This document shows, one piece after another, positions 11,230 through 24,128 of a stretch of 64,000 nt of DNA (within the stretch, counting starts at the first letter, position 1; each line of letters begins with the position of its first letter). The position numbers were made by a program, and so were the translations under genes. The stretch lies in assembly GCF_009931435.1 (NCBI RefSeq), contig NZ_CP043414.1. One strand, given 5' to 3'. A model generated the notes under the pieces. It worked only from the letters and a program-made list of their open reading frames with translations, ran no database searches and was not told the DNA's origin. This DNA comes from Escherichia coli (GTDB lineage Bacteria; Pseudomonadota; Gammaproteobacteria; Enterobacterales; Enterobacteriaceae).

Positions 11230-11594
11230 AATAAACTAATTTCACCTCCGTTTTCGCATTATATTTTCTAATGTCACGAATTTTTGATTTAGTGTTTTTT
11301 GACATTTTTTCAGTTCTTAATGTTGTCTTATTCAAATTAACTTTCTCATCTAATTATCTTTGTATAGAGAATGGTCGTTTTTTGGTTTTTTATTCTGTTG
11401 CAATTTTGACGTTTTTTAACCATAAGCTAATGTGATGTTTAATTTTACCTTATGGTTAACAGTCTGTTTCGGTGGTAAGTTCAGGGAAAAGAGAACGATT
11501 GCGTTGGGGACCGGGAGTGGCTCCGATGCTGGGTTTCGTGGTGATAATTTCACCATGAAAAAGTTGTCAGCCCCGCTTATTCAATGAGGACAAG
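11230..11594 (+). promoter_or_regulatory. gcvTHP control region (long AT-rich leader; known multi-regulator region in E. coli)
   Basis: ~365 bp AT-rich non-coding region upstream of gcvT; exact binding sites not resolved by eye. Confidence 0.5.
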
Positions 11595-12689
11595 ATGGCA
11601 CAACAGACTCCTTTGTACGAACAACACACGCTTTGCGGCGCTCGCATGGTGGATTTCCACGGCTGGATGATGCCGCTGCATTACGGTTCGCAAATCGACG
11701 AACATCATGCGGTACGTACCGATGCCGGAATGTTTGATGTGTCACATATGACCATCGTCGATCTTCGCGGCAGTCGCACCCGGGAGTTTCTGCGTTATCT
11801 GCTGGCTAACGATGTGGCGAAGCTCACCAAAAGCGGCAAAGCCCTTTACTCGGGGATGTTGAATGCCTCTGGCGGTGTGATAGATGACCTTATCGTCTAC
11901 TACTTTACTGAAGATTTCTTCCGCCTCGTTGTTAACTCCGCCACCCGCGAAAAAGACCTCTCCTGGATTACCCAACACGCTGAACCTTTCGGCATCGAAA
12001 TTACCGTTCGTGATGACCTCTCCATGATTGCCGTACAAGGGCCGAATGCGCAGGCAAAAGCTGCCACACTGTTTAATGATGCTCAGCGTCAGGCGGTGGA
12101 AGGGATGAAACCCTTCTTTGGCGTGCAGGCGGGCGATCTGTTTATTGCCACCACCGGTTATACCGGTGAAGTGGGCTACGAAATTGCGCTGCCCAATGAA
12201 AAAGCGGCGGATTTCTGGCGTGCGCTGGTGGAAGCGGGCGTTAAGCCCTGCGGTCTGGGCGCTCGTGACACACTGCGTCTGGAAGCGGGTATGAATCTGT
12301 ATAGCCAGGAGATGGACGAAACTATTTCTCCTTTAGCCGCCAACATGGGCTGGACCATCGCCTGGGAACCGACTGATCGTGACTTTATCGGTCGTGAAGC
12401 TCTGGAAGCGCAGCGTGAACATGGCACAGAAAAACTGGTTGGTCTGGTGATGACCGAAAAAGGCGTGCTGCGTAATGAACTGCCGGTACGTTTTACCGAT
12501 GCGCAGGGCAATCAGCATGAAGGCATTATCACCAGCGGTACTTTCTCCCCGACGTTGGGTTACAGCATTGCGCTGGCACGCGTGCCGGAAGGTATTGGCG
12601 AAACGGCGATTGTGCAAATTCGCAACCGTGAAATGCCGGTAAAAGTGACGAAACCTGTTTTTGTGCGTAACGGCAAAGCCGTCGCGTGA
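11595..12689 (+). CDS. gcvT: Glycine cleavage system T protein (aminomethyltransferase)
   Basis: Track ORF 364 aa, recognised GcvT sequence. Confidence 0.95.
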
Positions 12690-12711
12690 TTTACTTTTTG
12701 GAGATTAATTG

Positions 12712-13101
12712 ATGAGCAACGTACCAGCAGAACTGAAATACAGCAAAGAACACGAATGGCTGCGTAAAGAAGCCGACGGCACTTACACTGTTGGCATCAC
12801 TGAGCACGCTCAGGAGCTGTTAGGCGATATGGTGTTTGTTGACCTGCCGGAAGTGGGCGCAACAGTTAGCGCGGGCGATGACTGCGCGGTTGCCGAATCG
12901 GTAAAAGCGGCGTCAGACATTTATGCGCCAGTAAGCGGTGAAATCGTGGCGGTAAACGACGCACTCAGCGATTCCCCGGAACTGGTGAACAGCGAACCGT
13001 ATGCAGGCGGCTGGATCTTTAAAATCAAAGCCAGCGATGAAAGCGAACTGGAATCACTGCTGGATGCGACCGCATACGAAGCATTGTTAGAAGACGAGTA
13101 A
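12712..13101 (+). CDS. gcvH: Glycine cleavage system H protein (lipoyl carrier)
   Basis: Track ORF 12709..13101; recognised start [20 protein letters not shown] at second ATG; 129 aa. Confidence 0.93.
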
Positions 13102-13218
13102 CGGCTTTATTCCTCTTCTGCGGGAGAGGATCGGGGTGAGGATATTTACGCCTCACCCTCACTCTCTTCGCAAGGAGAGAGGTTCACAATTCACTGCACG
13201 TTTCAGGAACCATCGCTC

Positions 13219-16092
13219 ATGACACAGACGTTAAGCCAGCTTGAAAACAGCGGCGCTTTTATTGAACGCCATATCGGACCGGACGCCGCGCAACAGCAAG
13301 AAATGCTGAATGCCGTTGGCGCACAATCGTTAAACGCGCTGACCGGCCAGATTGTGCCGAAAGATATTCAGCTTGCGACCCCGCCGCAGGTTGGCGCACC
13401 GGCGACCGAATACGCCGCGCTGGCGGAACTCAAGGCTATTGCCAGTCGCAATAAACGCTTCACGTCTTACATCGGCATGGGTTACACCGCCGTGCAGTTA
13501 CCGCCGGTTATCCTGCGTAACATGCTGGAAAATCCGGGCTGGTATACCGCGTATACTCCGTATCAACCTGAAGTCTCCCAGGGCCGCCTTGAAGCACTGC
13601 TCAACTTCCAGCAGGTAACGCTGGATTTGACTGGCCTGGATATGGCTTCGGCTTCTCTTCTTGACGAAGCCACCGCTGCCGCCGAAGCAATGGCGATGGC
13701 GAAACGCGTCAGCAAACTGAAAAATGCCAACCGCTTCTTTGTTGCTTCTGACGTGCATCCGCAAACGCTGGATGTGGTACGTACTCGTGCCGAAACCTTT
13801 GGTTTTGAAGTGATTGTCGATGACGCGCAAAAAGTGCTGGATCACCAGGACGTCTTCGGCGTGCTGTTACAGCAGGTCGGCACTACCGGTGAAATTCACG
13901 ACTACACCGCGCTTATCAGCGAACTGAAATCACGCAAAATTGTGGTCAGCGTTGCCGCCGATATTATGGCGCTGGTGCTGTTAACTGCGCCGGGTAAACA
14001 GGGCGCGGATATTGTCTTTGGTTCGGCGCAACGCTTTGGCGTACCGATGGGCTACGGTGGCCCGCACGCGGCATTCTTTGCGGCGAAAGATGAATACAAA
14101 CGCTCAATGCCGGGCCGTATTATTGGTGTATCGAAAGATGCTGCGGGCAATACCGCGCTGCGCATGGCGATGCAGACTCGCGAGCAACATATTCGCCGTG
14201 AGAAAGCGAACTCCAACATTTGTACTTCCCAGGTACTGCTGGCAAACATCGCCAGCCTGTATGCCGTTTATCACGGTCCGGTTGGCCTGAAACGTATCGC
14301 TAACCGCATCCACCGTCTTACTGATATCCTGGCTGCAGGTCTGCAACAAAAAGGTCAGAAGCTGCGCCATGCGCACTATTTCGATACTTTGTGTTTGGAA
14401 GTGGCCGACAAAGCGGGCGTGCTGGCGCGTGCCGAAGCGGCTGAAATCAACCTGCGTAGCGATATTCTGAATGCGGTGGGGATCACCCTTGATGAAACCA
14501 CCACGCGCGAAAACGTGATGCAGCTTTTCAGCGTACTGCTGGGCGATAATCACGGACTGGACATCGACACGCTGGACAAAGACGTGGCTCACGACAGCCG
14601 TTCTATTCAGCCTGCAATGCTGCGCGATGACGAAATGCTCACCCATCCGGTGTTTAATCGCTACCACAGCGAAACCGAAATGATGCGCTATATGCACTCG
14701 CTGGAGCGTAAAGATCTGGCGCTGAATCAGGCGATGATCCCGCTGGGTTCCTGCACCATGAAACTGAACGCCGCCGCCGAGATGATCCCAATCACCTGGC
14801 CGGAATTTGCCGAACTGCACCCGTTCTGCCCGCCGGAACAGGCCGAAGGTTATCAGCAGATGATCGCGCAACTGGCTGACTGGCTGGTGAAACTGACCGG
14901 TTACGACGCCGTCTGTATGCAGCCGAACTCTGGCGCTCAGGGCGAATACGCGGGGCTGCTGGCGATTCGTCATTATCATGAAAGCCGCAACGAAGGACAT
15001 CGCGATATCTGCCTGATCCCGGCTTCTGCGCATGGCACTAACCCGGCTTCCGCGCATATGGCAGGAATGCAGGTGGTGGTTGTGGCGTGTGATAAAAACG
15101 GCAACATCGATCTGACTGACCTGCGCGCGAAAGCGGAGCAGGCGGGCGATAATCTCTCCTGCATTATGGTGACCTATCCTTCCACCCACGGCGTGTACGA
15201 AGAAACGATCCGTGAAGTGTGTGAAATCGTGCATCAGTTCGGCGGTCAGGTTTACCTTGATGGCGCGAACATGAACGCCCAGGTTGGCATCACTTCGCCG
15301 GGCTTTATTGGCGCGGACGTTTCGCACCTTAACCTGCATAAAACTTTCTGCATTCCGCACGGCGGTGGTGGTCCGGGTATGGGACCGATCGGCGTGAAAG
15401 CGCATTTGGCACCGTTTGTTCCGGGTCATAGCGTGGTGCAAATCGAAGGCATGTTAACCCGTCAGGGCGCGGTTTCTGCGGCACCGTTCGGTAGCGCTTC
15501 TATTCTGCCAATTAGCTGGATGTACATCCGCATGATGGGCGCAGAAGGGCTGAAAAAAGCAAGCCAGGTGGCAATCCTCAACGCCAACTATATTGCCAGC
15601 CGCCTGCAGGATGCCTTCCCGGTGCTGTATACCGGTCGCGATGGTCGCGTGGCGCACGAATGTATTCTCGATATTCGCCCGTTGAAAGAAGAAACCGGCA
15701 TCAGCGAGCTGGATATTGCCAAGCGTCTGATCGACTATGGTTTCCACGCGCCGACCATGTCGTTCCCGGTGGCGGGGACGCTGATGGTAGAACCGACTGA
15801 ATCTGAAAGCAAAGTGGAACTGGATCGCTTTATCGACGCGATGCTGGCTATCCGCGCAGAAATTGACCAGGTGAAAGCCGGTGTCTGGCCGCTGGAAGAT
15901 AACCCGCTGGTGAATGCTCCGCACATTCAGAGCGAACTGGTCGCCGAGTGGGCGCATCCGTACAGCCGTGAAGTTGCAGTATTCCCGGCAGGCGTGGCAG
16001 ATAAATACTGGCCGACAGTGAAACGTCTGGATGATGTTTACGGGGACCGTAACCTGTTCTGCTCCTGCGTACCGATTAGCGAATACCAGTAA
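13219..16092 (+). CDS. gcvP: Glycine dehydrogenase (decarboxylating), glycine cleavage P protein
   Basis: Track ORF 957 aa, recognised GcvP sequence, PLP-dependent. Confidence 0.95.
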   Translation: MTQTLSQLENSGAFIERHIGPDAAQQQEMLNAVGAQSLNALTGQIVPKDIQLATPPQVGAPATEYAALAELKAIASRNKRFTSYIGMGYTAVQLPPVILRNMLENPGWYTAYTPYQPEVSQGRLEALLNFQQVTLDLTGLDMASASLLDEATAAAEAMAMAKRVSKLKNANRFFVASDVHPQTLDVVRTRAETFGFEVIVDDAQKVLDHQDVFGVLLQQVGTTGEIHDYTALISELKSRKIVVSVAADIMALVLLTAPGKQGADIVFGSAQRFGVPMGYGGPHAAFFAAKDEYKRSMPGRIIGVSKDAAGNTALRMAMQTREQHIRREKANSNICTSQVLLANIASLYAVYHGPVGLKRIANRIHRLTDILAAGLQQKGQKLRHAHYFDTLCLEVADKAGVLARAEAAEINLRSDILNAVGITLDETTTRENVMQLFSVLLGDNHGLDIDTLDKDVAHDSRSIQPAMLRDDEMLTHPVFNRYHSETEMMRYMHSLERKDLALNQAMIPLGSCTMKLNAAAEMIPITWPEFAELHPFCPPEQAEGYQQMIAQLADWLVKLTGYDAVCMQPNSGAQGEYAGLLAIRHYHESRNEGHRDICLIPASAHGTNPASAHMAGMQVVVVACDKNGNIDLTDLRAKAEQAGDNLSCIMVTYPSTHGVYEETIREVCEIVHQFGGQVYLDGANMNAQVGITSPGFIGADVSHLNLHKTFCIPHGGGGPGMGPIGVKAHLAPFVPGHSVVQIEGMLTRQGAVSAAPFGSASILPISWMYIRMMGAEGLKKASQVAILNANYIASRLQDAFPVLYTGRDGRVAHECILDIRPLKEETGISELDIAKRLIDYGFHAPTMSFPVAGTLMVEPTESESKVELDRFIDAMLAIRAEIDQVKAGVWPLEDNPLVNAPHIQSELVAEWAHPYSREVAVFPAGVADKYWPTVKRLDDVYGDRNLFCSCVPISEYQ

Positions 16093-16140
16093 TTTACTGA
16101 TTCGACTATCTTCTAAAGGCGCTTCGGCGCCTTTGACACT

Positions 16141-16286
16141 GATGTCAAACTCAACATTGCCTGATGCACCTCGTTTATCAGGCCTACATAGTCTGTGCAA
16201 TGTATTGAATTTGCACGATCTTGTAGGCTGGATAAGGCGTTCACGCCGCATCCGGCATAATAAAAGCACTTTGTCATCAATAATTT
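16141..16286. repeat. REP/BIME element cluster between gcvP and ygfF
   Basis: Contains gcctgatgcacctcgtttatcaggcctaca and tgtaggctggataaggcgttcacgccgcatccggca, typical REP palindromes. Confidence 0.8.
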
Positions 16287-16287
16287 G

Positions 16288-16315
16288 AAAGGCGCTTCGG
16301 CGCCTTTATTTTTTT
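16288..16315 (+). terminator. Rho-independent terminator (second copy of duplicated hairpin aaaggcgcttcggcgccttt + T-tract)
   Basis: Perfect 8-bp stem with 4-nt loop followed by ATTTTTTT. Confidence 0.7.
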
Positions 16316-16325
16316 AGGAAAACAA

Positions 16326-17069
16326 ATGACTATAGCACTTGTGACCGGTGGCAGTCGCGGCATCGGGCGGGCAACTGCATTACTGTTGGCGCAAGAAGGG
16401 TATACGGTGGCGGTTAATTATCAGCAAAACCTCCACGCGGCGCAGGAAGTGGTGAAGTTAATCACGCAAGCCGGTGGCAAGGCATTCGTGCTTCAGGCGG
16501 ATATCAGCGACGAAAATCAGGTCATCGCAATGTTTACAGCAATCGATCAGCACGATGAACCGCTAGCCGCGCTGGTCAATAACGCCGGGATCTTGTTTAC
16601 CCAGTGCACCGTAGAAAACCTTACCGCAGAGCGAATCAACCGGGTACTTTCCACCAATGTGACGGGATATTTTCTCTGCTGCCGCGAGGCGGTAAAGCGC
16701 ATGGCGCTTAAGAACGGCGGTAATGGCGGTGCTATCGTCAATGTCTCGTCAGTGGCTTCACGGCTGGGATCGCCGGGAGAATACGTTGACTATGCGGCAT
16801 CGAAAGGGGCGATTGATACGTTAACCACAGGGCTGTCACTGGAAGTCGCCGCGCAGGGGATCCGCGTTAACGGCGTGCGGCCAGGGTTTATTTATACCGA
16901 AATGCACGCCAGCGGTGGCGAACCTGGACGCGTTGATCGCGTTAAGTCGAACATCCCCATGCAGCGTGGCGGACAGGCGGAAGAGGTCGCGCAGGCCATC
17001 GTCTGGCTGTTAAGTGATAAAGCCTCTTATGTCACGGGAAGTTTTATCGATTTGGCGGGTGGAAAATAA
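16326..17069 (+). CDS. ygfF: Short-chain dehydrogenase/reductase family oxidoreductase
   Basis: Track ORF 247 aa; SDR Rossmann motif TGGSRGIG and YxxxK catalytic motif. Confidence 0.9.
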   Translation: MTIALVTGGSRGIGRATALLLAQEGYTVAVNYQQNLHAAQEVVKLITQAGGKAFVLQADISDENQVIAMFTAIDQHDEPLAALVNNAGILFTQCTVENLTAERINRVLSTNVTGYFLCCREAVKRMALKNGGNGGAIVNVSSVASRLGSPGEYVDYAASKGAIDTLTTGLSLEVAAQGIRVNGVRPGFIYTEMHASGGEPGRVDRVKSNIPMQRGGQAEEVAQAIVWLLSDKASYVTGSFIDLAGGK

Positions 17070-17087
17070 AACAGGAAAGTTATCTGA

Positions 17088-17113
17088 CCGGATGCAACGA
17101 GTATTGCATCCGG
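17088..17113. terminator. Inverted repeat between convergent ygfF and bglA (possible bidirectional terminator)
   Basis: ccggatgcaacgagtattgcatccgg palindrome; lacks strong T-tract. Confidence 0.35.
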
Positions 17114-17125
17114 TACTTCATCGAC

Positions 17126-18586
<1,461 letters not shown>

Positions 18587-18603
18587 TTACAGGAAATAGT
18601 ACC

Positions 18604-18915
18604 ATGCAGCCAAACGACATCACTTTTTTTCAACGTTTCCAGGATGACATTCTGGCTGGTCGTAAAACCATCACCATCCGCGACGAGTCTGAATCGCACT
18701 TCAAAACGGGTGATGTGCTTCGTGTCGGGCGTTTTGAAGATGACGGTTATTTTTGCACGATTGAAGTCACCGCAACCTCAACCGTAACGCTGGATACACT
18801 GACGGAAAAACATGCAGAGCAGGAAAATATGACCCTGACTGATCTGAAAAAGGTCATTGCCGATATCTATCCCGGCCAGACACAGTTTTATGTGATTGAA
18901 TTTAAATGCCTTTAA
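18604..18915 (+). CDS. yqfB: ASCH-domain protein YqfB (N4-acetylcytidine amidohydrolase)
   Basis: Track ORF 103 aa, recognised YqfB sequence. Confidence 0.88.
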   Translation: MQPNDITFFQRFQDDILAGRKTITIRDESESHFKTGDVLRVGRFEDDGYFCTIEVTATSTVTLDTLTEKHAEQENMTLTDLKKVIADIYPGQTQFYVIEFKCL

Positions 18916-19075
18916 ATTGAACTCACGCCTGTTAGTTGAAATTTCGCATTTAATTTCATGATTTTTCGGAGATTAGTCTCAAATCAGAATTTATTTTAGC
19001 TAACAGGTGTTCACTGGAACTATTCTCAGTTACGCTGGAGAGGTATACATGTGCGTGTACGTTTCTCCGGAGTAA

Positions 19076-19738
<663 letters not shown>

Positions 19739-19744
19739 TGGGTG

Positions 19745-19910
19745 TGCCTTTGTAGGCCTGATAAGACGCGTCAGCGTCGCATCAGGCATCGGATCGCAAC
19801 TGCCGGATGCGGCGTGAACGCCTTATCCGGCCTACGGGCCGCGTCCTTGGTGTGATAAAGGCACCAAATCCCAGGCATGATAAGACGCGTCAGCGTCGCA
19901 TCAGGCAATA
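19745..19910. repeat. REP/BIME cluster (three REP palindromes) between yqfA and ygfZ
   Basis: Repeated gcctgataagacgcgtcagcgtcgcatcaggc and gccggatgcggcgtgaacgccttatccggcctac units. Confidence 0.85.
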
Positions 19911-19932
19911 GTCGCCGGAGCGATACAGAGAT

Positions 19933-20913
19933 TTACTCTTCGAGCGAATACGGCAGCGGCTCGATATGCAATGTATTCGCATCGTCACGTACGCGGAAGA
20001 TGCTGTCCGGTTCCATATCGTTATTCATGACGACCTGTACCACGACCTGACCATCTTCCAGTTTTACCGCAGCCAGCACCGTACCGGTACGACGCCAGTT
20101 CTCGCCCATTTTCAGCTCTAAATCTTCACCCGCTTCCGGCAGTCGGCTGGCGCTACCTGCCAGCAGCCAGAGGGCACGTTTGTTGGCACCGCGGAATTTA
20201 GCTCGTGCCACCATCTCTTGTCCGGTATAACAGCCTTTTTTAAAGCTGATGCCGCCCAGCGCCTGGAGGTTGGTCGCCTGTGGGATAAACTGCCCGCTGT
20301 TGGCGGCATCAATCACCGGAAAACCCGCTTCAATGTTTAATGCCAGCCACTGTTGGCTATTGTTCAGTTCTGCTTCACCGCGCAGTTTATCGGTCAGCGT
20401 ATTGGCGGTAGCTTCATCGGTTACGATCAGGAAACGTTCTGCTGGGTGTTCAAACCATAGCAGGGTAGTCGCACCTTCTCTGATAACCTGCTTTTCCTTC
20501 GAAGGTAATTCACTAAAGAGGTTAGCCAGCGCAGCGCGTGCCTGAAAACCGGCAACACCAAGCAGCACACGTTCATCGTCTGGCGCGATGGTCACTTTAG
20601 AGAACACCGCATATTTTTTCAGTTCAGTCAGTTGTGACTCGCGCACGCTGCGCCGTTCAATCCACGCAAAGCCATCGCCGTCGCGGAACAGACGTAAATT
20701 GCTCCACATTTTGCCTTTGGCGTCGCAATGGGCGGCGAGCAGGTGCTGATCTTCTGTCATCTGGCTGACATCTGCTGTCACCTGACCCTGCATATATTTT
20801 TCGCTGTCCGCGCCAGTAATGGTGGCAAGCGCCCAGTCATCAAGCGTCATCAGCGTCAGCGGTAAACGGGCAGAAGCCGTAGGCTGACGGGGAGGAAAAG
20901 GTGTAAAAGCCAT
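19933..20913 (-). CDS. ygfZ: tRNA-modifying / Fe-S cluster-associated folate-binding protein YgfZ
   Basis: Track ORF 19933..20979; recognised YgfZ begins [30 protein letters not shown] at internal Met (326 aa). Confidence 0.88.
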   Translation of the reverse strand: MAFTPFPPRQPTASARLPLTLMTLDDWALATITGADSEKYMQGQVTADVSQMTEDQHLLAAHCDAKGKMWSNLRLFRDGDGFAWIERRSVRESQLTELKKYAVFSKVTIAPDDERVLLGVAGFQARAALANLFSELPSKEKQVIREGATTLLWFEHPAERFLIVTDEATANTLTDKLRGEAELNNSQQWLALNIEAGFPVIDAANSGQFIPQATNLQALGGISFKKGCYTGQEMVARAKFRGANKRALWLLAGSASRLPEAGEDLELKMGENWRRTGTVLAAVKLEDGQVVVQVVMNNDMEPDSIFRVRDDANTLHIEPLPYSLEE

Positions 20914-21152
20914 AATGGAGTCCTGTTTTACAAACGGCGTATTTATGACTAATGGTAAAAGAGCTATGAGGCAATGCAAGTGCTTTCACTACGCGATCTG
21001 TGCCTTCTGATATGCTTTGCGAGGCGACTACCAAAAAAATGAAGCCCTTGAAATATTGTGGGTTAATTTCGCGATCGCGATTGTGTTTACTGATATTCCC
21101 GCAAAAGAAGTCGAAAAACACGTTACAATAGCCTGGTACTGGATTTTCGTGA

Positions 21153-21819
<667 letters not shown>

Positions 21820-21822
21820 AGA

Positions 21823-21853
21823 TGACGGCAAAGGCTGTGTGCTAAGCCGTCAG
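21823..21853. terminator. Hairpin between convergent ygfX and fldB
   Basis: tgacggcaaaggctgtgtgctaagccgtca inverted repeat. Confidence 0.5.
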
Positions 21854-21858
21854 TGACA

Positions 21859-22380
21859 TCAGGCGTAATGCTCTGCCATTTCGTTGAGGATTTGCTCGCA
21901 CCAGCTCTGAATACGCTCGTCGCTAAGGTCATACTGGTTAGTTTCGTCCAGTGCCAGACCCACGAACAGTTGCCCGTCAGCAATCACCGGTTTCGGGCTG
22001 GTAAACTCATATCCTTCCGTTGGCCAGTAGCCGACGAACTTCACGCCTTTGGTCGAGAGTTTGTCATGCAGCATGCCGAGCGCATCGAGGAACCACTCGC
22101 CGTACCCCAGTTGATCGCCAAGCCCATACAGCGCAACAATTTTACCTTCGAGATTCAGGTCGTCGAGCTGATCCCAGATGGCTTCCCAGTCTTCCTGGAT
22201 TTCGCCAAAATCCCAGGTCGGGATACCCAGAATGAGCACATCGTACTGCTCCATTAATTTCGGGGAGTCGTCCTTGAGGTTATGTAAGGTCACCAGTTCT
22301 GGGCCGATAATATCGCGGATTTTTTCTGCCGCCATTTCGGTGTAACAGGTGCTGGAACCGTAAAAAAGACCCATATTCAT
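21859..22380 (-). CDS. fldB: Flavodoxin 2
   Basis: Track ORF 173 aa, recognised FldB sequence ([20 protein letters not shown]). Confidence 0.93.
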   Translation of the reverse strand: MNMGLFYGSSTCYTEMAAEKIRDIIGPELVTLHNLKDDSPKLMEQYDVLILGIPTWDFGEIQEDWEAIWDQLDDLNLEGKIVALYGLGDQLGYGEWFLDALGMLHDKLSTKGVKFVGYWPTEGYEFTSPKPVIADGQLFVGLALDETNQYDLSDERIQSWCEQILNEMAEHYA

Positions 22381-22491
22381 AACGTAAGCTTCTCGATTCT
22401 GCTGTGGCTTTTGCGGCTAGTGTATCAGAATCGCTTTAGTCACGGCACAATAAGGCATAATGGATCAAATGAGTGACCATAAGGGGCGCAA

Positions 22492-23388
22492 GTGAAACAG
22501 GATCTGGCACGCATCGAGCAGTTTCTTGATGCTCTGTGGCTGGAAAAAAATCTGGCTGAAAATACGTTGAACGCATACCGTCGCGATCTGTCAATGATGG
22601 TGGAGTGGTTGCATCACCGCGGGTTGACGCTGGCGACGGCGCAAAGTGACGATTTGCAGGCATTACTGGCAGAACGGCTGGAGGGTGGGTATAAAGCCAC
22701 CAGCTCAGCGCGTTTGCTGAGTGCAGTGCGCCGATTGTTCCAGTATCTTTATCGCGAAAAGTTTCGTGAAGACGATCCCAGCGCGCATCTCGCTTCGCCG
22801 AAATTGCCCCAGCGTTTGCCAAAAGATTTAAGCGAAGCGCAGGTCGAACGATTATTACAGGCACCATTAATTGATCAGCCACTGGAGCTGCGCGATAAAG
22901 CCATGCTTGAAGTGTTGTATGCTACCGGGCTGCGAGTCTCTGAACTGGTCGGGCTGACAATGAGTGATATCAGCCTGCGTCAGGGCGTAGTGCGGGTCAT
23001 TGGTAAAGGCAACAAAGAACGCCTTGTGCCGTTAGGTGAAGAGGCGGTTTACTGGCTGGAAACTTATCTGGAACACGGGCGACCGTGGTTGCTAAACGGT
23101 GTGTCAATTGACGTGTTGTTTCCCAGTCAGCGCGCGCAGCAGATGACGAGACAAACCTTCTGGCACCGCATTAAACATTATGCTGTGCTGGCGGGTATCG
23201 ACAGCGAAAAGCTGTCACCGCATGTGTTGCGTCACGCTTTTGCCACTCATTTATTAAATCATGGTGCGGATTTACGCGTGGTGCAGATGCTACTGGGCCA
23301 CAGCGATCTCTCCACCACGCAAATTTATACGCATGTCGCTACCGAGCGACTGCGGCAACTTCATCAACAGCATCACCCGCGGGCGTGA
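22492..23388 (+). CDS. xerD: Site-specific tyrosine recombinase XerD (GTG start)
   Basis: Track ORF 298 aa; recognised XerD sequence with catalytic RHRY residues (HVLRHAFATHLL...Y). Confidence 0.95.
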   Translation: MKQDLARIEQFLDALWLEKNLAENTLNAYRRDLSMMVEWLHHRGLTLATAQSDDLQALLAERLEGGYKATSSARLLSAVRRLFQYLYREKFREDDPSAHLASPKLPQRLPKDLSEAQVERLLQAPLIDQPLELRDKAMLEVLYATGLRVSELVGLTMSDISLRQGVVRVIGKGNKERLVPLGEEAVYWLETYLEHGRPWLLNGVSIDVLFPSQRAQQMTRQTFWHRIKHYAVLAGIDSEKLSPHVLRHAFATHLLNHGADLRVVQMLLGHSDLSTTQIYTHVATERLRQLHQQHHPRA

Positions 23389-23412
23389 TGTCTGAAAAGA
23401 ACGGGAAGATTT

Positions 23413-24123
23413 ATGAAGAAAGGTTTTATGTTATTTACGTTGTTGGCGGCGTTTTCAGGCTTTGCTCAGGCGGATGACGCGGTAATTCAACAGACGTTAG
23501 CCAAAATGGGCATCAAAAGCAGCGATATTCAGCCTGCACCCGTGGCTGGCATGAAGACAGTTCTGACTAACAGCGGTGTGTTGTACATCACCGATGACGG
23601 TAAACATATCATTCAGGGGCCAATGTATGACGTTAGCGGAACGGCTCCGGTCAATGTCACCAATAAGATGCTGTTAAAGCAACTGAACGCGCTTGAAAAC
23701 GAGATGATCGTTTATAAAGCGCCGCAGGAAAAACACGTCATTACCGTGTTTACTGATATTACCTGTGGTTACTGCCACAAACTGCATGAGCAAATGGCAG
23801 ACTACAACGCGCTGGGGATCACCGTGCGTTATCTTGCTTTCCCTCGCCAGGGGCTGGAGAGCCAGGCTGAGCAACAAATGAAAGCCATCTGGTGTGCGAA
23901 AGATAAAAAGAAAGCGTTTGATGATGTGATGGCGGGTAAAGCTGCCACTCCGGCAAGTTGCGATATCGATATTGCCGATCATTACGCACTTGGCGTCCAG
24001 CTTGGCGTTAGTGGCACTCCGGCAATTGTGCTGAGCAATGGCACACTTGTTCCGGGTTACCAGCCGCCGAAAGAGATGAAAGAATTCCTCGACGAACACC
24101 AAAAAATGACCAGCGGTAAATAA
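23413..24123 (+). CDS. dsbC: Periplasmic disulfide isomerase DsbC
   Basis: Track ORF 236 aa; signal peptide and CGYC active site. Confidence 0.95.
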   Translation: MKKGFMLFTLLAAFSGFAQADDAVIQQTLAKMGIKSSDIQPAPVAGMKTVLTNSGVLYITDDGKHIIQGPMYDVSGTAPVNVTNKMLLKQLNALENEMIVYKAPQEKHVITVFTDITCGYCHKLHEQMADYNALGITVRYLAFPRQGLESQAEQQMKAIWCAKDKKKAFDDVMAGKAATPASCDIDIADHYALGVQLGVSGTPAIVLSNGTLVPGYQPPKEMKEFLDEHQKMTSGK

Positions 24124-24128
24124 TTCGC

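Noticed and set aside
14104-15441. 445-aa ORF on minus strand inside gcvP (also 15454..16269 minus, 271 aa)
   Set aside because: Antisense shadow ORFs within a well-supported GC-rich gene; no RBS or recognisable domains; Arg/His-rich junk translation.
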